From contig NW_003314270.1 in assembly GCF_000143415.4 (NCBI RefSeq), positions 1,419,048 to 1,483,047 on the forward strand: a DNA stretch of 64,000 nucleotides, read 5' to 3'. The translations under genes and the position numbers were made by a program. Under the pieces are notes generated by a model. That model saw only the letters and a program-made list of their open reading frames with translations. It had not been told where the DNA came from and ran no database searches. The first letter of the stretch is position 1; each line of letters begins with the position of its first letter. Positions 12,001 through 22,150 of the stretch are shown one piece after another. The DNA is from Selaginella moellendorffii. Its lineage: Eukaryota > Plantae > Lycopodiophyta.

Positions 12001-13145
12001 ATGGTCACCAATCGCCCGGATTCTACTATAGATTACATCCTCCTAGGCTTTGGCATTGCCGCCACAATACCCTTCACCATAGCAAATGGCTCTTTGTCCA
12101 TCGCCAGCGCTCCTACTTTCTTGCCCAGGTGGGATTTACTTCATACTTATTAGCTCCGTGGCTGGGCTGGCTTGGATAGCAACGGTGTTTGTTAACAATG
12201 GGCACTTCAGCACAGTCGGGCCATTGCAAAGCTGCAAGCTCTGGCTGTTTTGGCTGCAAGGATTCAGCTTCTGCTTCTGGTTCATGTTCACCGCCTTTCG
12301 GCTCCGCCGCATGTACGAGCTCAGCCACCACGTCAAGAGATGGCGCTGGGAGTACTACGCTTTTGCGGGCATCTGTCTTGTTCCCATCGTGGGCATGTCA
12401 ACCGTTGCCATCTTCAGTAACTTCAATATGGAGAATGGAGGGTAAGCAAAAGCTTTTCTTGTTTCAGACTCTCCGACTTAACGCTTGTTGATTGAATTTG
12501 GAATATCTGGCTATAGCATACACTACTGTAGGATCAACAGGAACTGCAGATCGTCAGATTTTTGGTTTACCTTCCATATTGGCTCTTTGCCACCGTCGTC
12601 ATGTGGAGGTTGCAACACCAACAGGATCCATTGCTGGCTGCTGAGTACATGGACACCTTCGACTATCTGGCCTTGTTCATCGCCATACTCGTGATATATG
12701 TCTTTTCGTATCTGACGAGTGTGAGCCGTCTTGTTTCTGGCAGATGCCTCTTGACGGTCTCACAGGTCTGCCTCGTCTTCTTCCCCTTTTGGACGCGATT
12801 CGCATGGCCCGTCTATCTGTGCCTCTTGAGGCCCAAGGAGGAGATGGACGCGTTCGAGCAGCAGCTGACCAGCGCCGGTGCGCGAGCCCTGCCCATATCT
12901 CAAAGCCAGAGAGTCCACTTCCCTTCGTCCGAGGAAGCTGTGTGGGAGGCATTTGTAGAAGCGAACGAGGAGCTGGAGAAGTACAAGGTCAGATCAAGTT
13001 TTGGATTGCATTCTTGGAGAATATAAGGTTGTCGCTGCAGGATGAGATCCAGAAGCTCGAAGCCCAGAAGCTGCTTCTCCAGGAGAAGATCCATGATCTA
13101 CAAGACCAGGCAAAGTTCCAAGACAAAGAGGTGATAAAGAAGTAA
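12001..13145 (+). pseudogene. Multi-TM (probably 7TM) membrane protein with C-terminal coiled coil; three apparent frameshifts (pseudogene or assembly error)
   Basis: Stitching frames gives MVTNRPDSTIDYILLGFGIAATIPFTIA/WLFVHRQRSYFLAQ/GGIYFILISSVAGLAWIA..SCKLWLFWLQGFSFCFWFMFTAFRLRRMY..|IHYCRINRN/QIVRFLVYLPYWLF..WTRFAWPVYLCLL..|DEIQKLEAQKLLLQEKIHDLQ. Confidence 0.65.
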
Positions 13146-15040
13146 TAACCCCGCTTTGAGAAAGTCAAGAGCGAGGGCTGGAAGAATAGATAGATCGAGT
13201 GAGTTTCCCTCGTCATGAGCCTTTTTTTACAAAGTAGTTAGTTTCCGGTGGCCGGCCGGTCGGTGGTGGCGGCGTGGTGGGCGGCATGGGAGGCGGTACA
13301 GTTCGGTGCTGGGTGGGCGTGCAGTGGTGAGCCGGCGGTGCACTGAAGAAAAAAAACGAAGTGTAAAGAACTGGTGATACTTGACAGAAAATTTACAGTG
13401 ATAGTGTGTCCAGCAAGACAAAATGGAACACAGTGACACCAAGAGAGCCAGAGATCTTTGGAGTAGCAATTCACTCCAATGAGACCAACCGGTGAGTTTT
13501 CATGAAAATCCTACCAGTCCAGCTTTGAAAGAAAAATTCTCTTTGAAAGGAAACTCTCTTGATCTAGTTCGTTTCACTTGAGATCATCCCTGACAAATGC
13601 TTACTCTGGCTAGAGACTTGAATTCTGTGGGAATGTAAAATGTAGGACCATCCTTGTTAGCTTTGGTGCTACAATGTTGTATCATCTGTACGGACAAAAG
13701 AAGTAAAGAAATGAGAGTTTCTTTCGAGCTGGAGCTTACATGAAGAAGAAACTCCTATGGGATGGCAGCCACAAATGGTGCTTTAGTACTTGTTCGGACT
13801 CAATGATGTTCATGCCACAGTGCCTTGATGGACTTGTAAATGGGGCTCACTTTTTGTCACCCAAACCTGTGAGAAGGATAGATTGATGTACCATATAAGC
13901 CTGAAAAGGATAGATTGAAGCATGAAAAGAGACTTATTGTGATCCTTAGTGAAGGAGATAGAGAAGAAGTTTGAGGGATTGTGGAGGTACTTTACAAGCA
14001 AGTGTAATCATCTGGATTTCAGCTCTTTGACTTTTTCTTTTTGAGCCTTTCACTGCCGCTTGTCTCAACTAACGTGGCATTGACGGCCTCTCAACTCGTC
14101 TCTTTGCAGAAGAAGAGATTTCTACACTAGATATCCAAGCTGCAAAGAGTGATTTAAAACATGAAAGAAGGTTGTGGCTTGCTTACCAAAATGCCAAGAA
14201 CCATGAAGGCTTCCATCAAAGAGACTAGCGTGATGTCTTGGATATGTACATTGGTGCTCCATGTTTTGCCTGTGTGAAAGAGAAGAAAGATGATAAACTT
14301 CTCAGAACATTTCGAGAGAACTCATGTGTTTTTGCTCACCTCATAGCATTTAATCTCAAGCATCGCCTGCAAGAAAAAAAAAGCAGTATGAAAAGAGCAT
14401 CACCTCAGCTAGTTCACATAAATTAGAACAAAATGGTTTCAAAACGATGAAAGGACATAGACTTGATTTTCAAGCTTTGTGTCTTTGCTGTGCTTTACTT
14501 TCAGCATGGCATTCTCGTTGGAGATCTTACATTCAATGCTACTGTAGCTGCTCCTCCGCCTTGGCAAACAAGATGCCGTTGTCGAGAATGGGAATTGGAA
14601 ATACAAACCGCGATTTCCAGGTTACTCTTGACGCACGCTTATTCTTCGAGCGATCAAGGGACAAAGACTCGAAATATCACCTGCCGTGAGCTTGAGATGC
14701 GTCATCCAGTGCCCCGCGATCGGCTTGCTAGCGCTCTCACGGCTCCATGACTCTAACCCTAGAAGAAATGTCTTCCTCCAACTGCCTATGCTCCTCCCGC
14801 CGCCTGCTGGGTAGATTGCTAAGGTAGCGTGGCTAGAGGAAGAAGGTATGTCTGTTATCTTTGGAGTCGAGGATGTAAAATGTGTGTGATGATCTTTTGT
14901 TTGAGATCACCATTCTAGTTTAATTATAAAAATTTATGGTGAGGGAGAATATGTCGTCGTTTATTATTTCCTGACTGCATCGGAAAATCGAGGATAAAAG
15001 TAGAAATACCTGAAATTTCAGCCATAGGGTTAGGGAGGGT

Positions 15041-17017
15041 ATGTATAAGCTGAGAGGTGACAGAGACAGGGTTTCGCGGCACAGAGAAGAGCAACGTCAT
15101 CATGGAAGTGTGTCGCGGCACAGAGAAGATCATCGTCATTCCGGGCACAGCCGTTCTCGCGGTGATCAGTATGGCGACGATTACGAGCATACACGCTATG
15201 GAAGTAGCAGTAGAAGTACAGAAGGTTTTAGACCCCAGCATTCTCTTAAGAGAGAGAGGGCAGGTTCAGAAGAAGATTTCAGTAGAGAGCTCAAGAGGAC
15301 GCTGCCTAAGGGGACAAAATCGTTTGCTCCCGCAAATGGCTGTGACGAGATTCTCAATTACTATGTCAAGCCTGACGTGAGCACACTTGCCATCGATCTA
15401 GAGCAAGGCAAGTACTGTGTTCTCACCGGCGTGAGGCAGAGTGGAAAAACAACAACGGCTCTTTATGTACGGCGCCTTCTAGAAGAGAAGTTCTGCAGCA
15501 TCTACGTGAGTTTTCCGCGGCAGATTGTAGATCCACAGCTTACTGATCGCGATCGCTGGGACATGGTTGTGGAGTTTCTGCGTTCGAGTGGGGACCTTGA
15601 GCCGGATCCAACTATGGCTTTTGGCTCCAGTAAGTTTATGAGCATGTTCAGAAAGGGTAAAGGGAAAGACGACAGGCCGGTGATTCTCATCTTTGACGAG
15701 TTGAACGTTTTTTCGAAGCTGTCTGAAGATTTCAAGCAATCGTTTCTCGCCACAGTGCGGAACTTGAAGCAGGACCGGTACAAGAATCGGCTGCTCTCGG
15801 TCTTAGCTATTGGCACAGATTCGTTGCTGTTGGAGCTGAAACTTGCTCGTCGAAAGAGAATCCAAGGGGCTCCTCCCGGTTTCTATCTTCCCTCGCTGGG
15901 CGCTGAAAACTCTCCGTTTTCGGACGAGTTCCGAATGGCTTCCACCGGCTTTACACTGTCAGACATAGAGTCGTTGCTGTGGCAGTACGAGAAGGATACA
16001 TTCATCTCAGTTGACAGGGAAGCTATAGCTGCATCGATGCTGGAATTGACGTCGGGACACAAGGGACTGGTAGGCGCATGCTGTGACTTGCTGCACCGAG
16101 AGTTCATCGACAAGAGCACGAGGACTCTTGAAATGTGGTTGCAACTGCGCAAGGACAAACTCATTGGCAAGATTTTCGTCAAGGCTACGTACTATGCTAT
16201 TATCTCCACCTGCAAGGCTCTTGAGCCCCGTGGAAAGGAGCTGCTCTTGTTGCTATTGAGAGCCGGTGGCAACGTCAAAGTCCCCTACGATGAAACTGTG
16301 GAACTTCTGCTGTCTGAAGGTGTGGTGGTTGATACGAATCCGGATGGCGTGCTATGTGACTTGAAGTTCTCGTCTCTGCTGCTCATGTCGACTCTACTCT
16401 ATGGTCTTTATGTTCGTCTAAGCCATAGCGTGGAAGCAGGTCCACGTCCACCAAGGTTGGATCACGCTTGGGTGATCAGCAGGACCATTGAAAGGCTGGA
16501 CCGGAGCATTTTTGAAAGAGCGGAGTCACAGAATGAGGATTCGCTTGCTTCGGAGTACAGTATCCAGATCGAAATGTTGGTCAAGCTGAAGGCAGTTTTG
16601 TTGGGAGCGTATCCCCATCAGAACTGGATTGTGATACCAGAGCCAAAAACGAAAGACGATAAGAGGAGTCGCTTGGATATATTTGTCAAAGACGGTGTCG
16701 GGAACAGATGGTTTGCGTTAGAGCTTCTGAGGCAAGGGACTCTAAAAAGCTTGGAAGAGCACTGGGAGAAATCCGAGATGTATGCGAAGATGCACTCCTG
16801 TGTGGTCTACATGCTCAACTTTATCCTGGACGGACGGCCTGCTGTCAAGGACTTCAAACCGTCGCATCCGAAGGAGGAAGTCATCTTCTACAATGTGTGG
16901 TTGTCCTCGGACGAGGCAAAGATGGTCGGAAATTATGCTTGCGATGGTTGGCAGGACAGCCGGTCGCTGAACCTGACGGAGGGAGTGAACAGGAGTGAGC
17001 TCCTTTTCTCTCCATAA
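15041..17017 (+). CDS. Intronless P-loop NTPase (AAA+/STAND-like) fused to a C-terminal PD-(D/E)xK-like restriction-endonuclease-fold domain (Crinkler-type NTPase-REase architecture)
   Basis: 658-aa ORF; Walker A GVRQSGKT (15428-15451), Walker B VILIFDE (~15680-15700), post-ATPase LTSGHKGLV; C-terminal EYSIQ..EP..RLDIFV..FALELL..LEEHWEK..YA; R/H/S-rich repetitive N-terminus. Confidence 0.8.
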   Translation: MYKLRGDRDRVSRHREEQRHHGSVSRHREDHRHSGHSRSRGDQYGDDYEHTRYGSSSRSTEGFRPQHSLKRERAGSEEDFSRELKRTLPKGTKSFAPANGCDEILNYYVKPDVSTLAIDLEQGKYCVLTGVRQSGKTTTALYVRRLLEEKFCSIYVSFPRQIVDPQLTDRDRWDMVVEFLRSSGDLEPDPTMAFGSSKFMSMFRKGKGKDDRPVILIFDELNVFSKLSEDFKQSFLATVRNLKQDRYKNRLLSVLAIGTDSLLLELKLARRKRIQGAPPGFYLPSLGAENSPFSDEFRMASTGFTLSDIESLLWQYEKDTFISVDREAIAASMLELTSGHKGLVGACCDLLHREFIDKSTRTLEMWLQLRKDKLIGKIFVKATYYAIISTCKALEPRGKELLLLLLRAGGNVKVPYDETVELLLSEGVVVDTNPDGVLCDLKFSSLLLMSTLLYGLYVRLSHSVEAGPRPPRLDHAWVISRTIERLDRSIFERAESQNEDSLASEYSIQIEMLVKLKAVLLGAYPHQNWIVIPEPKTKDDKRSRLDIFVKDGVGNRWFALELLRQGTLKSLEEHWEKSEMYAKMHSCVVYMLNFILDGRPAVKDFKPSHPKEEVIFYNVWLSSDEAKMVGNYACDGWQDSRSLNLTEGVNRSELLFSP

Positions 17018-17309
17018 ATCTGGCCGGGGAAGTTGGTGTCGCGGCGGCGTTGGAGCTCGACTCGGAACCGCGACAGCGTCGTCTTGGCGGCGAATACTGC
17101 GCTATCGTGGGAGCTGGCATTTGCGAGGACGTATGGCGATGCCCGGGGCTTCATTGGAGCCTCTTTCTCCTCTTTTTCTTTTCCTCGATCAAGTACTCTC
17201 GTTTGGTCTCTAGTGAATACGGTTCTCGACAGGATCCTGTTCCACTGCCTCGCAAACCTATCTTGAGAAACAAAAGCTCCAGGAGCGGAGATTTCGATGC
17301 GCAGAAGCG

Positions 17310-18105
17310 ATGACACACCATACAACCGTAGATAGTGCTCTTCAAACAAACGACTGCTCCCAGTTTGTCTCGTCGTGTGCTAGATCACTCAGCAGCTTGT
17401 TTGCACTTGTCGCAGCTTCATCCCGGACAGCCTGTGACATCTCGGCCCAGCTCGTCGAGAGAATGACCTGCCAGAGACATGCTGGATTCGTGCGCCACTT
17501 CGCGACCGGCAACAGGAGAGTGCGTGGATCAGCCTGGAAGCCGGAGAAAGGCTCCCAACGAAGCTAGTGATGTTGTCGACGCAGCTCGATCGCCCTGCCA
17601 CTCCTCGAAGGAAGAAAACGTGGTCAACGATACGCTGACCAGGTCAAGCCCCGGCGGACGAGAGTCAACAGTGGTTCCAGCGACCTCTGGAAGGTACTGT
17701 AGCGCGAGATATCGGAAGAACTGGCCCGAACCTCCCCAGGAAGCTCGGCTCGTTCTTGGCGGTGATGTTGTACACCGCCGAGAGGAAGCTCGGGATGGGT
17801 CTTGAGCGTCGCCGCCACCACCACTCCTCCCCGGCCGCCCCGGAGTGCCCAGAAGAGATCCCGGCACTCGTTCGCGGCCGCGAGCTCTACCTCGTACTAG
17901 AGAAAGTTGTCCGCCGAGAGGCCGAAAGCCGGAGAGATTGGGCTGCGCCCCGCGGCTTGGGTGTATCCTCTAGCAGTTCCCACGGAGGAGGCCTTCCGCT
18001 CGAAGGTCTGAAGGTCTGCGAGTAGAGCTCCTCGAGGCATCGATCTGGAACGAAGCTGTCGTGGATGTTCTTGAGGTGGCTGTAGGCCCACTACAGCAAA
18101 CAAGC
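17310..18105 (-). pseudogene. FAD-linked oxidoreductase (FAD_binding_4 + BBE), decayed
   Basis: Fragments HLKNIHDSFVP..C, SSVGTARGYTQ, SPAFGLSADNFL*YEV, RDLFWALRGGRGGVVVAATLKTHPELP, NPA.LWQVILSTSW, DETNWEQSF..HYLRL; in-frame stop at 17897 and deletions. Confidence 0.75.
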
Positions 18106-18149
18106 CTGCAAGCAAGCGCAAGAGAAATGGAGCACTGCCTGCCACGAAC

Positions 18150-19782
18150 TGGGAAGCAAGCGGAACCAGCGACCGCTGCTTGATCACCTCCCTGCTCGCA
18201 AGGCGCCGTTCCAATCCCAACCACGAGAGGATTTGCAGCTTGCAAACCCTGGGCCATTCCAACCGTGCTCGCCACCGGAGGTAAGCCACTTGGCATACTA
18301 GCTGGTTGCATCATCCCCGCAGGAGCATTCGACGGCAGAATGCTGCTAGTATTTGCGTTTCCTTGTACTGGTCCCAGGCTTGCACTACCTGCATCGCCAC
18401 TAAGTCCGTGTGCCATGCTGGCTGGCTGACTAACTGGTCGTGTGATCCCCATACCAACTTGTCCCACTGCTAAAGATCTAGCAGAGAGAATGCTTGATAC
18501 CGCTGCTGAGCCTGCTCCCTGCCTGATTTGATTCAGCACGCTCGCAGCAGGAACCGGACGATGCGATTGCAAAGGATTAGTGTTGATGCTCTTAAAGTCC
18601 TGAATACCATAGGCGGCGGCGGACCAGAGGTCGAGACGTGTTCCTGCACCTCATATGTAAGAAACGAAACATAGAAAAAAATTCTTACAATTTTTACAGT
18701 TGACGTGATTGCCTTCCAGAGGTTGTAGGCACTGCGAGACAAAAGAAAGAAGTTAGCCAAGCCTTCACGAAATTAAAATTAAGGAGGTCTGTGCCGGTGG
18801 ACACTGATGACACCGCAGTTGCAGGTACTTTAAGACAAGGTGCTGCGTGTGCTTGGCAATCTCATTCGAAGGGTCAGAAGCTCGAGGATTTTGCTTGGCC
18901 TGATCTCAAAAGCCTTAAGGAAAGACATATAAGAATTAGCAATAGCATACCACTGCCGCGGACAAACAACTGAAAGACTGAAAGAGATATATGGCACTGA
19001 AGGAAAACACGATGTGAGAAAACAATCGTCTATGAGAAAATGCATAAAGAAACCTGAGAGAATGCCCTTGAAACGGTTTCAGCATCCGCAAGCCACCAAT
19101 GGCCCGGCTTCGCGTCCGCGCCACGGATGAGGGATTGAAGCCTGTGAGGATTTGAAGCTGCCACCAAAATACAATGTCTCTGGCTTGCCTGGTTACTTGG
19201 CGGCTGAGTCGGCAAGGCTCAAAATCCTCAGCTTCACTATTCAAAGTGAAACTTATATATGCTTACCACAAGAGCTTCCGCTAATCCCTCCGCCACAGCA
19301 ACTTCACCAAATCCACCACCCGAGAAATCGATGGACGATAGCCATAGCTGGAACAGCTCCAAGCTCGGCGTCCGGCCACTTCTCTGGAGCAGGCAGCCTG
19401 TGATAGATGGATAAAGCTCTCTAAAGTCTTTGCCTACCACTGTAGGAATCATGGCCGCGAAAGACCACGAGCGCCATCTCCAGAGTAGCGCCCATTGTCC
19501 TTCTAGAAAGCCACGACCGTGAGAGAACCACCGAAAGAGAAAAAATAAATTCTCACCGGACATTCCCATCTTGACCATAGAACGCTCTAAAATACCGATC
19601 AGGAACGAGAATCCTCGCCAACAAGCAAGAAATTACCTGGCGATCTTGTCGAGATACTCGGATCGCAGCAGCGGCCACGACGGGCCTAGCGCCGCCGCCT
19701 CGACCGCGAGCACCAGATACTGCGCCTGCGGCTGTTGCGCGGTCACGCCAGAGCCGCTGCTGCTCGTCCAGAAACCGAGCAT
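18150..19782 (-). pseudogene. MED25: Mediator subunit 25 (MED25/PFT1)-like 5' fragment (vWA domain + G/M-rich linker; ACID domain and Q tail absent)
   Basis: QYLVLAVEAAALGPSWPLLRSEYLDKIAR|..GCLLQRSGRTPSLELFQLWLSSIDFSGGGFGEVAVAEGLAEAL|..RHCILVAASNP..LADAETV..VVCPRQ matches the PFT1 vWA domain. Confidence 0.8.
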
Positions 19783-20507
19783 TTGAAAGCCCAACGGCCT
19801 GGATGGGGCCAGTTGGCAACGCTTCAGCCGTCGGATGAGGGAGTCGTGTGTTGATCCTTTTCCCTGGAAGTGGTAAAGGTGACGAAACTTGCCCTTCAAG
19901 AACAAAGGCTACATCCAACATTTAAAGGGCATAAGTAAATGCCTGAGTAATGACTATCAAAATGAAAAAATTATCACTACATCGTCAGCTTTTATATTAT
20001 TGCATGTCTTTTCAGTCCAATAGCACCTCGAATATAATAGATTTAATTCTAGTGTTCTGTGACACTGAGATCAATTTTGCTGATGATACGAGCTCATGTT
20101 TACAATCAAGATGGCATGAGATCGTGGCATTTGGGATTGACGTGACCGGGTGACGATCGCCAACATGCTTGGTCATTTCGTTGTCTTGAATGAAATTTTA
20201 CACAGGTGCAGAATCAACCTTGGAATAGGGTTCAAAAAAACATCGCAAGGAAGTCATAACAACCACAAACTCCTCAATTTGTCAAGCCCCACGGACTTGA
20301 ACACTTATAATTCCTGTATGGATAATGCTCATTCCCCGCACCATGCGGCCCAACTTGCAATTATAATTAGTGCGTAAAGCCGTATTCGACTTGCACTCCC
20401 TTACGTGGTCGTAGGTCCCATGCTCACACAAATGGACTGTAAACACCATCTTATTTCGACTATAAGAACTTGCTATGGACTCCATCAAGACGAAGAAGCA
20501 AGCAACC

Positions 20508-21808
20508 ATGAAGAACATCAGGGTCTTTGTGGGGTTCTTGGTTCTGATGAACGTTCTTGTTGCGGCAATCGCCCAGCAATGCGGTCCCAACGATCCATGC
20601 CCGGACAATATGTGCTGCAGCCAGTTCGGACGGTGCGGGTGCGATTCGGCTTGCGGAGCTGGATGCCAGGGCCAATGCAACTGGTGCCAAGGAGGAGGGG
20701 GTGGCGGCGACGGAGGAGCAAATGGTAGAAAGAACTTTCATCTTCTCTGAAGTTGGTTTGATCGCTGATGTTTGTTTCTTGTTCTTGCCAAGATATTGGG
20801 GTCAACTATGGGAGAGTTGCGAACAATCTTCCGCAGCCGGATCAAGTGGTGAATCTCATCAAGTCCCTGCAGTTCAAGAGGGTGAAGATCTTCGACACGG
20901 ACCGAACAGTTTTGCGGGCTTTTGCGAATTCGGGGATCCGGCTCACAGTCGCGGTGACCAACCAGGAGTTCAGCTCCATCGCCAGGAGCTCCAACGCGGC
21001 GTCGGACTGGGTCAGGAATAGAATCGCGCCGATTTACCCCGCAACGAACGTCGAATTCATCGCGGTGGGGAACGAAGTCCTTTCGGATCCCGGGCTCCCC
21101 TGGCCCGATCTAGTCCCTTCAATGTGGAATCTCAGAAACGCGCTGAACTCGCTTGGCTTCAACCAGATCAAGGTCACGACGCCAATCGCAACGGACATCC
21201 TGAAAGAATCATTCCCGCCATCCGCGGGAGAATTCAGATCGGACAACGGAAGGGACTCAGTCGTGAATTCGCTGCTGGGCTTCCTGTCCTCCACGAACTC
21301 GGTGTTCATGGCCAATGTGTACACCTTCTTCGCCTGGCAGGGGAATCCCCGCGACATAAGCCTGGAATACGCCCTCTTCCAAAGCAACGACGTCAAGGTC
21401 TGGGACGGCGGCAAGGGCTACACGAATCTTTTCGATGCCATGGTGGATGCGATCTACTCGGCCATGGAGAGGAAGGGCTACGGGAACCTGCCGCTGGCAA
21501 TTGGGGAATCCGGCTGGCCCAGCGGGGGAGCGCCAGGCGCCACCGTGGAGAATGCCAAGGCGTTCAACAGCAGATTGATTCGACGCACCAGGAGCGGAGT
21601 CGGGACGCCCAGGAAGCCGGGAGGGCTCGCCGCTTGGGTGTTCGCTCTGTTCAACGAGAATCAGAAGGGCGGGCCTGAGCTGGAGAGGCACTTCGGGCTG
21701 CTCTATCCTAACGGATCCCCAGTCTACCCGCTGCAGCGGCCGCGCCATCCGATTGTCAGGGAAGATGCGGGCAATAATTCATCATCCCTTCTCCACTCGG
21801 CAGCATGA
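20508..21808 (+). CDS. Secreted hevein (CBM18) chitin-binding domain fused to GH17 beta-1,3-glucanase, 2 exons
   Basis: Signal peptide + QQCG..CPDNMCCSQFGRCG..ACGAGCQGQC + Gly linker; phase-1 intron 20725-20792 joins in frame to DIGVNYG; catalytic VGNE and IGESGWPS present, FALFNENQK, ERHFGL. Confidence 0.9.
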
Positions 21809-22150
21809 AACTTGTGAACAAGAGTGAGAGAACCCTAAGCTCCAGAGAAGAGCAGAGATACTGTATTTTGGCATGCCAGAGATTCTTGTCTCGATCGCAA
21901 TCCTGAATGCGAGGGATCTTTTCTCGACGCAGTGCGAGGTCTCAGTTTGATCTGATCGGGTCAATGATATTTGACTTTCTTTGGATCCACGTGGCAGAGG
22001 GAATGTTAGGTTTAATCGGGGCGAAGCAATATTATTAGATTTTTGTTTTTCGAAATTTCACTGCTGCCGGTTCCAGAGTGGATCGCTCATGGTACCCGGA
22101 CGCTGCTTACAAGTCGTCCCCTACGTGTGATAGGTGTGGTACGCCGTTGC

